A stretch of 64,000 bases of DNA. Source: Candidatus Moraniibacteriota bacterium. GTDB lineage: Bacteria; Patescibacteriota; Minisyncoccia; Moranbacterales; DUUL01. The notes under the pieces were generated by a model that made no database searches, was not told where the DNA came from, and was given only the letters and a program-made list of their open reading frames with translations. Where the stretch lies: assembly GCA_041583775.1 (NCBI GenBank), contig JBFHFF010000001.1, forward strand, positions 158,725 to 222,724. The letters run 5' to 3'. The position numbers and the translations under genes are program-made. This document shows positions 42,348-52,046 of the stretch, one piece after another; position 1 is the first letter of the stretch; the number at the start of each line of letters is the position of its first letter.

Positions 42348-42430
42348 TGGGCCGGGAGAGATTTGAACTCCCGTAGGCTTTCGCCGCCTGATTTACAGTC
42401 AGGTGCATTTGACCACTCTGCCACCGACCC
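42348..42430 (-). tRNA. tRNA-Tyr (anticodon GTA), long variable arm
   Basis: The reverse complement is GGGTCGGTGGCAGAGTGGTCAAATGCACCTGACTGTAAATCAGGCGGCGAAAGCCTACGGGAGTTCAAATCTCTCCCGGCCCA. Confidence 0.85.
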
Positions 42431-42461
42431 AATAATTCATTTTATAAACTTCCAATTCCTG

Positions 42462-42534
42462 AGCCGATGCGCGGATTTGAACCGCGGACTTACTCCTTAC
42501 CATGGAGTTACTCTACCAACTGAGTTACATCGGC
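42462..42534 (-). tRNA. tRNA-Thr (anticodon GGT)
   Basis: The reverse complement is GCCGATGTAACTCAGTTGGTAGAGTAACTCCATGGTAAGGAGTAAGTCCGCGGTTCAAATCCGCGCATCGGCT. Confidence 0.8.
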
Positions 42535-42535
42535 A

Positions 42536-42564
42536 ATTATATTTCAAATTAAACAAAAAGTCAA
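42536..42564 (-). promoter_or_regulatory. sigma70 consensus promoter TTGACT-N17-TATAAT driving the tRNA operon
   Basis: Read on the minus strand. The -10 ends about 4 nt before tRNA-Thr(GGT) nucleotide 1. Confidence 0.55.
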
Positions 42565-42597
42565 CGCCTAAAAATAGACATCTTCTTAGGTTTATCG

Positions 42598-43716
42598 CTA
42601 TTTTAAACGCTTTAACAATTTTATTTTCTCCAACTTTCTGCTTGCATCAACATCCCTAGCAGAAATTTTTAGAATAAATTTATAAGCACTATATGCATCA
42701 TCAAAATTCTCCATCTTGATGTATAATTCCCCAAGTTGTCTATAACCTTCTATATCTTTAGGGTTAGTGGCAATTTTTTGTAGAATTCTTTTTTCTAGAA
42801 TTTTCCTATCAACACCAAGGTCATCATCATCGTTTATATCTCTTTGAGAAACTTGTCTCGCTCTAACAACATCTTTCATATAAACATCTTCTTCTTTTGC
42901 TGAAAAGTCCTTCTTGACAACAGTCACTCCATCAGAAAATTCATTGAATGACTCTTCTGTTAGAATTTTTCTCTTACCAACTATCTCCTCTTTTTTAAAA
43001 GGGTTTATTTTATTAAAAAAACCTTTTTTTGAAATATTTTCCTCTTTTTCAGTTTCTTTTTTTTCCGCGACTTCTAAATTTTCTTCTTGTTCATAATAGT
43101 CGTTAGTTGAAATATTTTGTGATAAACTTTCTTTTCTAACACTTGCCATAGGTTTTTGAAAAAAATCTTTCACTTTATTGTCTTTGTTGTCTTTCTCAAC
43201 AATATCAACTTCTCTTGTGAAATTATCATTACTTTTTTCTTTCTTATTCTCCTGTACTACAAAAAAATGGTCTCTATTGGAAATGTTTTTTGTATCTCTT
43301 GAAAATCTACTTTTCAAATTGCTTAACTTATTTTTAGATTTTTTTTCGATAACATCCCCTGCTAAACTTTCAGTATTTTTATCAATTTTAACAAAAGGCG
43401 CTTGAGAATCTCCCATGGATTTCCTTTTTGCTTTCATCTCCAATAATCCAGAATGAGCCGCCTTCAAAGCCTTTCCCGCACTACCAATTATTGTCTCTGC
43501 TATCCAAACAAAAAAATCTGAAAATTTGGACCAAAGAAAGCCAAAAGAAAATCCTTTCTTCTGTTCTTCTTTTCTTCCAACATCGCCCCTTAATCTCAAA
43601 CTCTTCTCAGCTTGTTTAAAGTTTTTTAAATTCTTACCAAAAATCCCAATTATTATAACTAAACTGGTAAAAATTAGTACTATTAAAATAATGTTAAACT
43701 TATCCATCACGACCAA
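42598..43716 (-). CDS. signal-anchored protein with Lys/Glu-rich region and C-terminal TPR-like repeats
   Basis: N-terminal TM. C-terminal GYRQLGELYIKMENFDDAYSAYKFILKI has a TPR-like pattern. Confidence 0.45.
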   Translation of the reverse strand: MVVMDKFNIILIVLIFTSLVIIIGIFGKNLKNFKQAEKSLRLRGDVGRKEEQKKGFSFGFLWSKFSDFFVWIAETIIGSAGKALKAAHSGLLEMKAKRKSMGDSQAPFVKIDKNTESLAGDVIEKKSKNKLSNLKSRFSRDTKNISNRDHFFVVQENKKEKSNDNFTREVDIVEKDNKDNKVKDFFQKPMASVRKESLSQNISTNDYYEQEENLEVAEKKETEKEENISKKGFFNKINPFKKEEIVGKRKILTEESFNEFSDGVTVVKKDFSAKEEDVYMKDVVRARQVSQRDINDDDDLGVDRKILEKRILQKIATNPKDIEGYRQLGELYIKMENFDDAYSAYKFILKISARDVDASRKLEKIKLLKRLK

Positions 43717-43728
43717 TGTTATAGAAAA

Positions 43729-44508
43729 TTATTTCTTCTTTAATTCATTCACCTTAACAAAAACAATTGATTTGTCTTCTAATTCAACCTTAAGTTTTTC
43801 GCTTAATGTCATTTGTTCAATCACTTTTCCTTTTTTATCGCCAACTTCTACAATAGCACCTCTCTGTGGCATCTCCTTCATCATTTCTTGATATTGTTTT
43901 GCCTCATATGAAAGACAACACATCAATCTCCCACACAAACCAGAAATTCTTTCTGATCCTCTATGAGAAATAAACTGACAACGCGCCATTTCTGTTGAAA
44001 TACTACACATACTGCCCGGCATCTGTCTACAACACAACTCTCTACCACAGATTCCATAACCGCCACAACGCTTAGCTTCATCGCGAGAACCGATTTGTTG
44101 TAATCTTATTGATTTACCATATCTAGAAGAAAGATTTTTAACCAACTGCCTAAAATCGACCCTTCCATCAGCAACAAAAGCGATAACCGCACAACTTCCA
44201 TCCAGACTAATACGAACATCGATAATCTTCATCGGGACTTCTAGCGCCCTTGTTTCTTTCTTGGCCTCAGCTAACATTTCTCGCTCTCTTGTCTTGTAAT
44301 TCAAAGTCATCTCCAAATCCTGCGAAGTCGCTTTCCTGTTAACATTTCCAGCAACATCCTCACCTTCAACATTTTTATCTTCTATCAGAACATCTGCAAC
44401 AAAAAGCCCCCATTCATGCTCAACCACAACTTTGTCGCCTTTTTGAACTCCTTTTGTTGTTGTCGTAACATTTCTTGGCTGATCCCAATCAAAAAATCGA
44501 ATAATCAT
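43729..44508 (-). CDS. PSP1 C-terminal domain protein (RicT/YaaT-like)
   Basis: Cys motifs CGGYGICGRELCCRQ and CGRLMCCLSYE typical of the PSP1/RicT family. Confidence 0.7.
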   Translation of the reverse strand: MIIRFFDWDQPRNVTTTTKGVQKGDKVVVEHEWGLFVADVLIEDKNVEGEDVAGNVNRKATSQDLEMTLNYKTREREMLAEAKKETRALEVPMKIIDVRISLDGSCAVIAFVADGRVDFRQLVKNLSSRYGKSIRLQQIGSRDEAKRCGGYGICGRELCCRQMPGSMCSISTEMARCQFISHRGSERISGLCGRLMCCLSYEAKQYQEMMKEMPQRGAIVEVGDKKGKVIEQMTLSEKLKVELEDKSIVFVKVNELKKK

Positions 44509-44550
44509 ACTATTGTGGGGTTTATAATAGATTCTCCTCGAATCCTTGAA

Positions 44551-45153
44551 TTATAGTTGCATTCTTGTGAATTCACCAACTTTGATGTTTTCACCCATTT
44601 TACCAGCTGCTTCTTTAACAATCTCCTCTACAGTTCTCTCTGGATCTTTTACAAAAGATTGAGAGAGTAATGCATTCTCTCCTCGCAATTTCTGCTCCTT
44701 TCCTTCCATAATTTTTGCCACAATTTCAGCTGGCTTTCCTTCTTCTACTAATTCTTCAGACCACATTTTTTTATGTTCATCCACAATATCTTCAGGAATT
44801 TGGTCGGGAGAAATACTTTTTGGATTCATTGCCGCAATATGCATTGCAATATCCTCTCCAAGAGAAACAAATTCTTCGTTTCTAGCAACAAAATCTGTTT
44901 CGCAAAGCAATTTAACAAGAACCGCAACCTTACCATTTGAGTGAACATATGAAGCTATAATTCCTTCACTAGCGTCTCTATCGCCTTTTTTATCAGCTTT
45001 TTCTAGACCTCTTTTTCGCAAAAGCTCAATTGTTTTTGCCTCATCTCCATCTGCTTCGTCTAGTGCTTTTTTGATATCAATAACACCAGCACCTGTCTGA
45101 TTTCTAATTTTTTTTATTAATTCCAACATACCGATTTTATTTAAACCGAACAA
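44551..45153 (-). CDS. tsf: elongation factor Ts (short form)
   Basis: LIKKIRNQTGAGVIDIKKALDEADGDEAKTIELLRKRG UBA-like N-terminus plus the dimerisation domain; 200 aa. Lies downstream of rpsB. Confidence 0.8.
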   Translation of the reverse strand: MFGLNKIGMLELIKKIRNQTGAGVIDIKKALDEADGDEAKTIELLRKRGLEKADKKGDRDASEGIIASYVHSNGKVAVLVKLLCETDFVARNEEFVSLGEDIAMHIAAMNPKSISPDQIPEDIVDEHKKMWSEELVEEGKPAEIVAKIMEGKEQKLRGENALLSQSFVKDPERTVEEIVKEAAGKMGENIKVGEFTRMQL

Positions 45154-45227
45154 TACTAACCTATATTGTTCCTTTTTATTAGCTTTTTTAATACAATAAA
45201 TAAAGATCTTATATCTCTATTGTTTGT

Positions 45228-46025
45228 TTATTTTTTCAAATCAACTGTTTCGGAAATATTTTTTTTCCCTTTTGCTTCCATCATTTTCTTCAAGAAAACT
45301 CCTAGAATATACTTCAAAGAAGAAAGTGCATCATCGTTAGCAGGAATTGGGTATTCGACAGAAGTATAATCACTGTTTGTATCAACCAAACCAACAACAG
45401 GAATTCCCATTAGATGAGCCTCTTTAATTGCAAGTTCTTCCTTCATAACATCCAGCACTATAACTAAATCAGGCAAACTCTTCATTCGAACAAGTCCACC
45501 CATTTTTTCTTCAATCTTATCTAATCTTTTTTGTAATTTATGTCGTTCTAACTTTGTCAGAGAATTCAATTTTCCCTCCGCCAACGCTTCTGTGTTTTCA
45601 ACAAAAAAGTTAATTCTTTTTTTAATTATATCAAAATTTGTAAAAGTTCCACCAAGCCATCTCTCATCTACATATGGAAACTCCAGTTTATCAGCAACAG
45701 CCTTAACAAGACCTTTTGTTTGCTTTTTTGTCCCAACAATCATAATCATTCCACCTTGCGCAACTGTTTTTTCAATCTTTTCCAAAGCCTTTTCAAAAAG
45801 AACAAGCGATTTTTCAAGGTCAATTATACAAATACCATTTCTTACTCCAAAAATAAATTGCCCCATTTTTGGGTTCCATCTTGATTTTTTGTGTCCAAAA
45901 TGAACACCTGCCTTTAACATTCTTTCCAAAGAAAGCTCGTACTTATCTGTTGCATTTTCTGCAACCTCAAGAGAAACACCTTCTTTTGGCGCTAAAATCT
46001 CTTTTTCTTCTACTTTTTCAGTCAT
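45228..46025 (-). CDS. rpsB: 30S ribosomal protein S2
   Basis: MLKAGVHFGHKKSRWNPKM and the VIVLDVMKEELAIKEA regions. Confidence 0.9.
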   Translation of the reverse strand: MTEKVEEKEILAPKEGVSLEVAENATDKYELSLERMLKAGVHFGHKKSRWNPKMGQFIFGVRNGICIIDLEKSLVLFEKALEKIEKTVAQGGMIMIVGTKKQTKGLVKAVADKLEFPYVDERWLGGTFTNFDIIKKRINFFVENTEALAEGKLNSLTKLERHKLQKRLDKIEEKMGGLVRMKSLPDLVIVLDVMKEELAIKEAHLMGIPVVGLVDTNSDYTSVEYPIPANDDALSSLKYILGVFLKKMMEAKGKKNISETVDLKK

Positions 46026-46427
46026 TTTTTTACCTTATAAATTATCCTCTACCCAACTTTAAATCCAGCTTTTCTCATTTCTGAGCAGGTGAGCCAGCGA
46101 TTGGATATGTGTATTTGCTATTGAAAAATTTCAATAACTACAAGACAATTTAACATATAAGAATAAAAAAGTAAAGAGGAGTTTTGTTTTACTTTGGGGA
46201 TTTTGTAAACATATTTAAGATTTTAATTTTTAATAACAAAACTCCAAAAAAATCTCACACCGAATTACTTACTCTAAAAAAGGCTTGACGAATTCTCTTC
46301 TCAATTATATATTATAAAATTGTTCTTTTTTACTTAAAAGTTCAATGATTCAACTTCGTTCTATTTTTCATTTTAGTGTTATTTTGTTTATCTTATTTCC
46401 AAAAACAATCTTTTAGGAGAAGAAAAC

Positions 46428-46754
46428 ATGTCACGAAAAAAGTGCAAAAAAAACACTCAATTCGAAGAGGAGAAAAGAGTAATTCCAACACTCCTTTGCA
46501 GGATTTCAGATGTTGTGATAAATAATCAGGGACCTAAAAAATCTTTTATTATTGTCACACCTCTAAAAAAAACTGGTGTAGAGGTTCGTGGAAGCATAAC
46601 ATGCACATACGCAAATGTATCAACCGGAAGGACCAGGATAAAAAGGCTTAAAAAAGGCAACTCCTTGAAAGTTTTTCGTGTTCATTTTATACCAGGAAAG
46701 GGCTGGCGCGCAGGAGGAGCAATCGTTCTTAATGAACGGAAGAAAAAAACCTAA
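46428..46754 (+). CDS. small highly basic hypothetical protein
   Basis: 108 aa, pI predicted above 11, locally GC-elevated. Has its own TTGACG-17-TATATT-like promoter near 46288..46316 and a terminator at 46784..46816. Confidence 0.4.
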   Translation: MSRKKCKKNTQFEEEKRVIPTLLCRISDVVINNQGPKKSFIIVTPLKKTGVEVRGSITCTYANVSTGRTRIKRLKKGNSLKVFRVHFIPGKGWRAGGAIVLNERKKKT

Positions 46755-46783
46755 AAAAGAGAGTTTTATATATATTATAACTC

Positions 46784-46816
46784 AGGGCTCACAGTAAAGC
46801 TGTGCGCCCTTTTTTA
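46784..46816 (+). terminator. intrinsic terminator
   Basis: ggctcacag/ctgtgcgcc stem followed by TTTTTT. Confidence 0.55.
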
Positions 46817-47063
46817 TTTTTTTAAATTGACTTTTTGACCTAGAATGCTAACCTAGAATGTAGATTATTTTGAAACAAGTTTCATCTTTTTTAGGATAAA
46901 TCTGCTTAAAAAACTTAATTTTCTCTATTTTTCAAATCATTAAAAAGTAGAAGTTAAAAGAGTAGAAGATAAAAGGAATGCTGAGACTTTCAGTTGTGAG
47001 CAATTGTGCTCCTTTTCCCTTTTACATTTTGATTTTTACTTTATATTTCAATTTTTGGAAAAT

Positions 47064-49190
47064 ATGGAAATAAAAATTATGGAACAAAAAAACTTTTCCA
47101 TGGAAATTGAAGGGAAGATTCTTTCTGCGGAATTTGGAGTTCTTGCTGGACAAGCAAATGGTTCAGTAAAACTACAATTTGGCGACACTGTAGTTCTTGC
47201 AACAGCAACAATGAGTCGCGAAAGAAGAGAAGGAATGGATTGGTTCCCTCTTTTTGTTGATTATGAGGAGCGTTTTTATGCTGCTGGAAAAATCAAAGGA
47301 TCTCGCTTCATTAAAAGAGAGGGGCGCCCTTCTGACAGAGCGGTTCTAAGTGGAAGAATTGTTGACCGAACAATTAGACCTCTATTTGATGAACGAATGC
47401 GAAATGAAGTGCAAGTGATTACAACCGTTCTGTCAATTGACAAAGAAACTGACCCAGCAATTGTTGCTGTAATAGCTGCCTCTTTAGCGATTGGAACATC
47501 AGATATCCCTTGGGGTGGACCAGTTGGAGCTGTACGAATTGGACAAAAAGATGGCGAATTTATTTTAAACCCTGCTAATAACGCTTTAGCAGATTATGTA
47601 GCGGATGTACTTGTTGCAGGAACAGATGGAAAAATAAATATGATTGAAGCTGGTGCCAATGAAATGTCAAATGCTGATATGCACAAAGCAATCTCGCTTG
47701 GATTTGATCAAGTAAATGCACTCTGCAAGTTTCAACAAAAAATTATTGATGAAATTGGCAAAGAAAAAGCAGTTATCGAATTCACAAATCCTTCAGAAGA
47801 ATTCACAACTAAAATAAACTCCTTTTTTGAAGAAAAAAATCTTGCAGATGCTTTCTACACCAAAGAAAGAGCTGCGAGAGATGAAAAAATGGGGGCTGTC
47901 AAAACAGCTCTAAAAGAGTTATTGGAAGCTGAATATTCGAAAGAAGAGTTGCCACAGAAAAAAGCTGAAGCGCTTTTACTTTTTGAGAACTTCCTCAACA
48001 AAGTGCTACACGATAGAATTATAAATGACGGAGAAAGACCAGATGGAAGAAAAATAGATGAAATTAGAAATATTTCAGCACAAGTGAAAATTTTACCAAG
48101 AACGCACGGCAGTGGACTTTTTAACAGAGGTGAAACTCAAGCCTTAACGGTAGCAACCCTTGGATCTCCAGGTGATGAGCAAATAATTGACACCATGGAA
48201 GTAGATGAGAAAAGACGCTACATTCATCATTATAACTTTCCACCTTTCAGCGTGGGAGAGGTTCGTCCAATGAGAGGGCCAGGAAGAAGAGAAATTGGAC
48301 ATGGAGCTTTAGCAGAAAAAGCTCTTATGCCTGTCCTTCCAAGCAAAGATGAGTTCCCTTATACAATGCTTTTGGTTAGTGAAGTTCTTTCATCAAACGG
48401 TTCGTCTTCAATGGCGTCGACTTGTGGATCAACTTTAGCACTTATGGATGCTGGAGTTCCTTTGAAGAATCCTGTAAGTGGAATTGCAATGGGGATTGTT
48501 GTTGACAAAAACAATAACTACAAAATACTTTCAGATATCCAGGGGCCTGAGGATCATTGGGGTGATATGGACTTTAAGGTTGCTGGAACAAAAGATGGGA
48601 TTACAGCAATGCAACTTGATGTCAAAATCGACGGTATCACACCCCAGATAGTAGAAGAGGTTTTGGAAAGAGCATATGCCAGTAGAATGCAGATTATGGA
48701 TGTAATGTTGGCAACAATTCCAACTTCTCGAACGGAAATGTCTGAATATGCACCACGAATTATTATTATGAAAATAAATCCAGACAAAATTCGTACAGTA
48801 ATTGGACCAGGTGGGAAAGTCATTAATGAAATCATCGAGTCAACAGGAGTTCAAATTGATATTGAAGATGACGGAAGTGTTTTCATTACAGCAGAAGACC
48901 CAGAGGGTGGAAAGAAGGCTCAAGAGTGGATTAAAAACCTAACCCACGAACCAAAAGCCGGCGAGTTATATGAAGGAAAAGTTACTAAAATTATGGATTT
49001 CGGAGCTTTTGTAGAAATATTGCCAGGGAAAGAAGGTTTGGTGCATATCTCACAACTATCCATTCAGAGAATTGAAAATGTTGGGGATATCGTCAAGGAA
49101 GGACAAGTTGTTTCAGTCAGAGTCTTGGAAATTGACTCACTTGGAAGACTTAATTTAACAATGAAGCCAGCACCAACAAAAAAAGATTAA
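47064..49190 (+). CDS. pnp: polynucleotide phosphorylase
   Basis: Two RNase PH domains plus KH (IGPGGKVINEI) and S1 (GELYEGKVTKIMDFGAFVEI) domains. The start is placed at the internal ATG MEIKIMEQ rather than the ORF-track first Met. Confidence 0.9.
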   Translation: MEIKIMEQKNFSMEIEGKILSAEFGVLAGQANGSVKLQFGDTVVLATATMSRERREGMDWFPLFVDYEERFYAAGKIKGSRFIKREGRPSDRAVLSGRIVDRTIRPLFDERMRNEVQVITTVLSIDKETDPAIVAVIAASLAIGTSDIPWGGPVGAVRIGQKDGEFILNPANNALADYVADVLVAGTDGKINMIEAGANEMSNADMHKAISLGFDQVNALCKFQQKIIDEIGKEKAVIEFTNPSEEFTTKINSFFEEKNLADAFYTKERAARDEKMGAVKTALKELLEAEYSKEELPQKKAEALLLFENFLNKVLHDRIINDGERPDGRKIDEIRNISAQVKILPRTHGSGLFNRGETQALTVATLGSPGDEQIIDTMEVDEKRRYIHHYNFPPFSVGEVRPMRGPGRREIGHGALAEKALMPVLPSKDEFPYTMLLVSEVLSSNGSSSMASTCGSTLALMDAGVPLKNPVSGIAMGIVVDKNNNYKILSDIQGPEDHWGDMDFKVAGTKDGITAMQLDVKIDGITPQIVEEVLERAYASRMQIMDVMLATIPTSRTEMSEYAPRIIIMKINPDKIRTVIGPGGKVINEIIESTGVQIDIEDDGSVFITAEDPEGGKKAQEWIKNLTHEPKAGELYEGKVTKIMDFGAFVEILPGKEGLVHISQLSIQRIENVGDIVKEGQVVSVRVLEIDSLGRLNLTMKPAPTKKD

Positions 49191-49224
49191 CATATAATTA
49201 TCTATATAAATTGTCTTATTCAAA

Positions 49225-49260
49225 GCACCTCATTGAAAAACGAGGTGCTTTTATTTTTTT
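49225..49260 (+). terminator. intrinsic terminator after pnp
   Basis: gcacctc/gaggtgc perfect 7-bp stem followed by a T-run. Confidence 0.65.
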
Positions 49261-49350
49261 CTTTTTATTTTCTTTGTTTAAAGATAAATCTCTGATATAA
49301 TAGATACGAAATTATTTTCAAAAAACAAATAAATATTATAAAGCTTTATT

Positions 49351-51030
49351 ATGTCTTGGTTTAAAAAAAAGAAAGTCGCTGAAGACGATACAAAAGAATC
49401 TTCTGTATTAACAATTGAGACAATGCATGAGGATCTTGAAAAAAATCTCATTGATTCAAATGACAAAGAAATTTCAAAAAAAGGTATTACCGAAAAACCA
49501 GAAAAAACAAGTCCTTTTTTGACGGGAATTGGTTCACAAAAAGATCAAATTGCCTCAAACTCAAAACCAAAAGAAGAGAGAGCTGAGGAAACCAAGGAAG
49601 AGCCTTTACAAGAGCCGGTTTCTATAAAAAACAACACTCCTCCACCTATTTCAAAAGACGAAAATAGCCCAATTTCCAAAATTGAAAGCAGAAAAAATAT
49701 TGACATAGCAAAAATCAAAGAAGAAGATATTATTCCAGAAGAAAAAAATCCTTTTGAAGAAATGATAGAAATGGAGAATGCTTTGGAGGAAAAAATGAAA
49801 ACAGAAAAGTTACCGAAAGAAGAACTGGAAGAAGAGACCGAGGAAGATAAAATGGAAAAAATTGTAAAAGCCAGCGCTCCAAATAACAAACCTCCAACAC
49901 CAAAAGAAATCGTCCCAGAGGTTGATCCTCTTGTTGATAATAAAAGTGAGGTTTCTGAAGTTAGTAAGGCTAACGAAATTAACCAAAAAAAGGAAGATTC
50001 TGTTTATATTGATAGGACAAGGCAAGAGGCGAATGAAGCGACTTCTTCTTATTCTAAAAAAGAAAATTCTAGTCAAGCAATCGCTAATGGGTTTTCGCCT
50101 ATATCCAGAAAAGGGGGATCTCCTTCTCCTTTTAATGTTCCATCACCAAAAAAGCCTAATAGTGGAGGTGAAGATCTCCCAGACAAAGACAAGGGCGAAT
50201 CGACAGTTGTTAAAGATTATAACAAACCTTTGCTAATTTTAGCAGTCATTGTTTTTGTTCTAACAATAGTGGCTGTTGGTACGAACTATTATAGAAACAA
50301 AAAACAAGAACCCGCGTTCTCTATTCCTCAAATGCTTACTACGGTAGGCTTAAACAACCCTGATTATAAGACTGATAATTTGGCTGATAAGGGAATTGTC
50401 TTAAAAACATCCAAAGAACTTTTATTAAGCGATTTAAAGGCTTTTATTAAAAAAGAAAAAGCCATTAATCCTGCAAAATTCATTGGTGGCCAGTTTATCA
50501 GACCCTTACAAAAAGGAACTGAGTACATAACTGCTGCAGAAATTTTACAAATATTTGGTTCTAATGATCCTGCTATTACCAAGTTTCTAGACGAACCAGT
50601 GTTACTATTCATAACAGAAGAAGTTGTTGATGTTGAAGTTCCCTCAAATAATTCTGATCAAAATGAGTTAACTTCTCCGGAAATAAAAACTAGCAGTGTT
50701 ATGAAGGTTGCATTGGTATTGGAAATTAAAAATAGTATTAATCCTGGTGATGCCATAGAAAGATTGACTGAAATAGAAACAACTTTTCCAGGAACATTGA
50801 AGAGTCTTATGCTTGAAGAAGATATAAAAATTGCTAATGAAAAAATTGTTTTTAACCAAGCATCTCCCGAAAGAAAAGATCTCGTTCACGCTGTACGATA
50901 TTATAATTTTAAATATGGAAATGTAACTCGTTCAATTGAGTGGGGTTCTTTGTTGTATAAAAAGAATTCCTATATTTTCTTCTCCACATCCAAAGAGGCC
51001 ACAAATTCCCTTATAAAAGCCCTTAATTAA
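49351..51030 (+). CDS. hypothetical single-pass membrane protein with long Lys/Glu/Pro-rich low-complexity N-terminal region
   Basis: 559 aa, one central TM (LLILAVIVFVLTIVAVGT) and a C-terminal globular domain. Confidence 0.45.
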   Translation: MSWFKKKKVAEDDTKESSVLTIETMHEDLEKNLIDSNDKEISKKGITEKPEKTSPFLTGIGSQKDQIASNSKPKEERAEETKEEPLQEPVSIKNNTPPPISKDENSPISKIESRKNIDIAKIKEEDIIPEEKNPFEEMIEMENALEEKMKTEKLPKEELEEETEEDKMEKIVKASAPNNKPPTPKEIVPEVDPLVDNKSEVSEVSKANEINQKKEDSVYIDRTRQEANEATSSYSKKENSSQAIANGFSPISRKGGSPSPFNVPSPKKPNSGGEDLPDKDKGESTVVKDYNKPLLILAVIVFVLTIVAVGTNYYRNKKQEPAFSIPQMLTTVGLNNPDYKTDNLADKGIVLKTSKELLLSDLKAFIKKEKAINPAKFIGGQFIRPLQKGTEYITAAEILQIFGSNDPAITKFLDEPVLLFITEEVVDVEVPSNNSDQNELTSPEIKTSSVMKVALVLEIKNSINPGDAIERLTEIETTFPGTLKSLMLEEDIKIANEKIVFNQASPERKDLVHAVRYYNFKYGNVTRSIEWGSLLYKKNSYIFFSTSKEATNSLIKALN

Positions 51031-51135
51031 CTGTCTGTGGAAAAACTGTGGAAAACCAGTCAAAACGACTCTCCGTTGAATAGTTTCAAAAGATAGTCGT
51101 TTTTTCTTTTATTTAAAGCAAAAAAGGCTCAACAA

Positions 51136-51164
51136 TTGACCGAACAGTTATAAAATGCTATAAT
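51136..51164 (+). promoter_or_regulatory. perfect sigma70 consensus promoter TTGACC-N17-TATAAT with no protein-coding gene downstream
   Basis: Read directly: ttgacc gaacagttataaaatgc tataat. Confidence 0.5.
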
Positions 51165-51236
51165 AGCTTTGTAAGTTAAGAAACACAAAAAAACTTAACA
51201 AATTCAGTTCATTAAAAAATTTCTATACTGTGCTTT

Positions 51237-51293
51237 CAGCAGAAGTGTTCCAATCGTGCTTTCCCCCTATTCACGATTGGAACTCTTCTGCTG
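51237..51293 (+). repeat. 22-bp near-perfect inverted repeat (hairpin) within a candidate ncRNA
   Basis: cagcagaagtgttccaatcgtg (13-nt loop) cacgattggaactcttctgctg, with one mismatch. Confidence 0.6.
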
Positions 51294-51987
51294 ACCTAAA
51301 TAAAAACGAAGTCAAACAAATATAATAAATTCATTATATTACCTAGCGACTTCTCTATAAATAGTGTCTAACACTATAAAAAACAAAAACAAAAATAGTG
51401 AAAAGCAAAAAAATAGTACTTACCAAAACAAAAAAACAAGTGGGTTTGTCCCAAGGCACGGTAGAAGAACAAAATAAAAATAATGTGTAAGCTAGGACAC
51501 ATACAATCTGACGAGAATTCTAAAAGAATAATCTAATTGCTCAACAAAAACACCCAAAACACCCAAACGAGTGAAAGGATTTTGAGAAATTTCGCCAGAA
51601 AACCAGTGGCGACACGCCACATTAATAATTATTGTAGGGTGCTGTCGCCCTGGTAACCAATCCAAAATAAACACTGGTTTAAAAAGTTAGCAAGAAGTAA
51701 ACGCCCCAAAGGCGGTTTTTTTATTGCAAAAATTTAAAAATATTCGCCTTATTTATTAAAAGACTTAAATTCATTTATTCTTATTTATTTAAGAAGCAAG
51801 AATGCTTTAAGCTTTATTTAGTGAACTATTTTTGAAATTCAAAAACTCTTTCTGCGCTATTTCAATCATATCACCTCCATTAAGATTTATAAAAATTTAA
51901 AAAATTCTAATTTAAAATTACTCTCTGTTTAAATCATTTTTATCACAATGTGTACCAAAACGAAGTCTTCTTGAGATCTTTTGTCCA

Positions 51988-52021
51988 ATCGAAAAACAAC
52001 CCAATTGCAAAAGAGGGTTGT
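51988..52021. terminator. bidirectional intrinsic terminator downstream of ileS
   Basis: caaccc/gggttg stem flanked by a T-run and an A-run. Confidence 0.5.
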
Positions 52022-52046
52022 TTTTTAAATTTTATTTCTGCTATTT

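Noticed and set aside
51492-51674. 60-aa minus-strand ORF inside the 1-kb non-coding region
   Set aside because: No promoter or start context and an odd composition. The region is better explained as structured RNA.
51031-52046. Tried to identify tmRNA, RNase P RNA, SRP RNA or 6S RNA in the large intergenic region
   Set aside because: I found no GGUUCGAUUCC T-loop with a CCA end, no GGAAAGUCCGG/ACAGAANCCGGCUUA P4 strands and no GGAAGCAGCCA SRP motif by eye. It is left as an unclassified ncRNA candidate rather than a named RNA.
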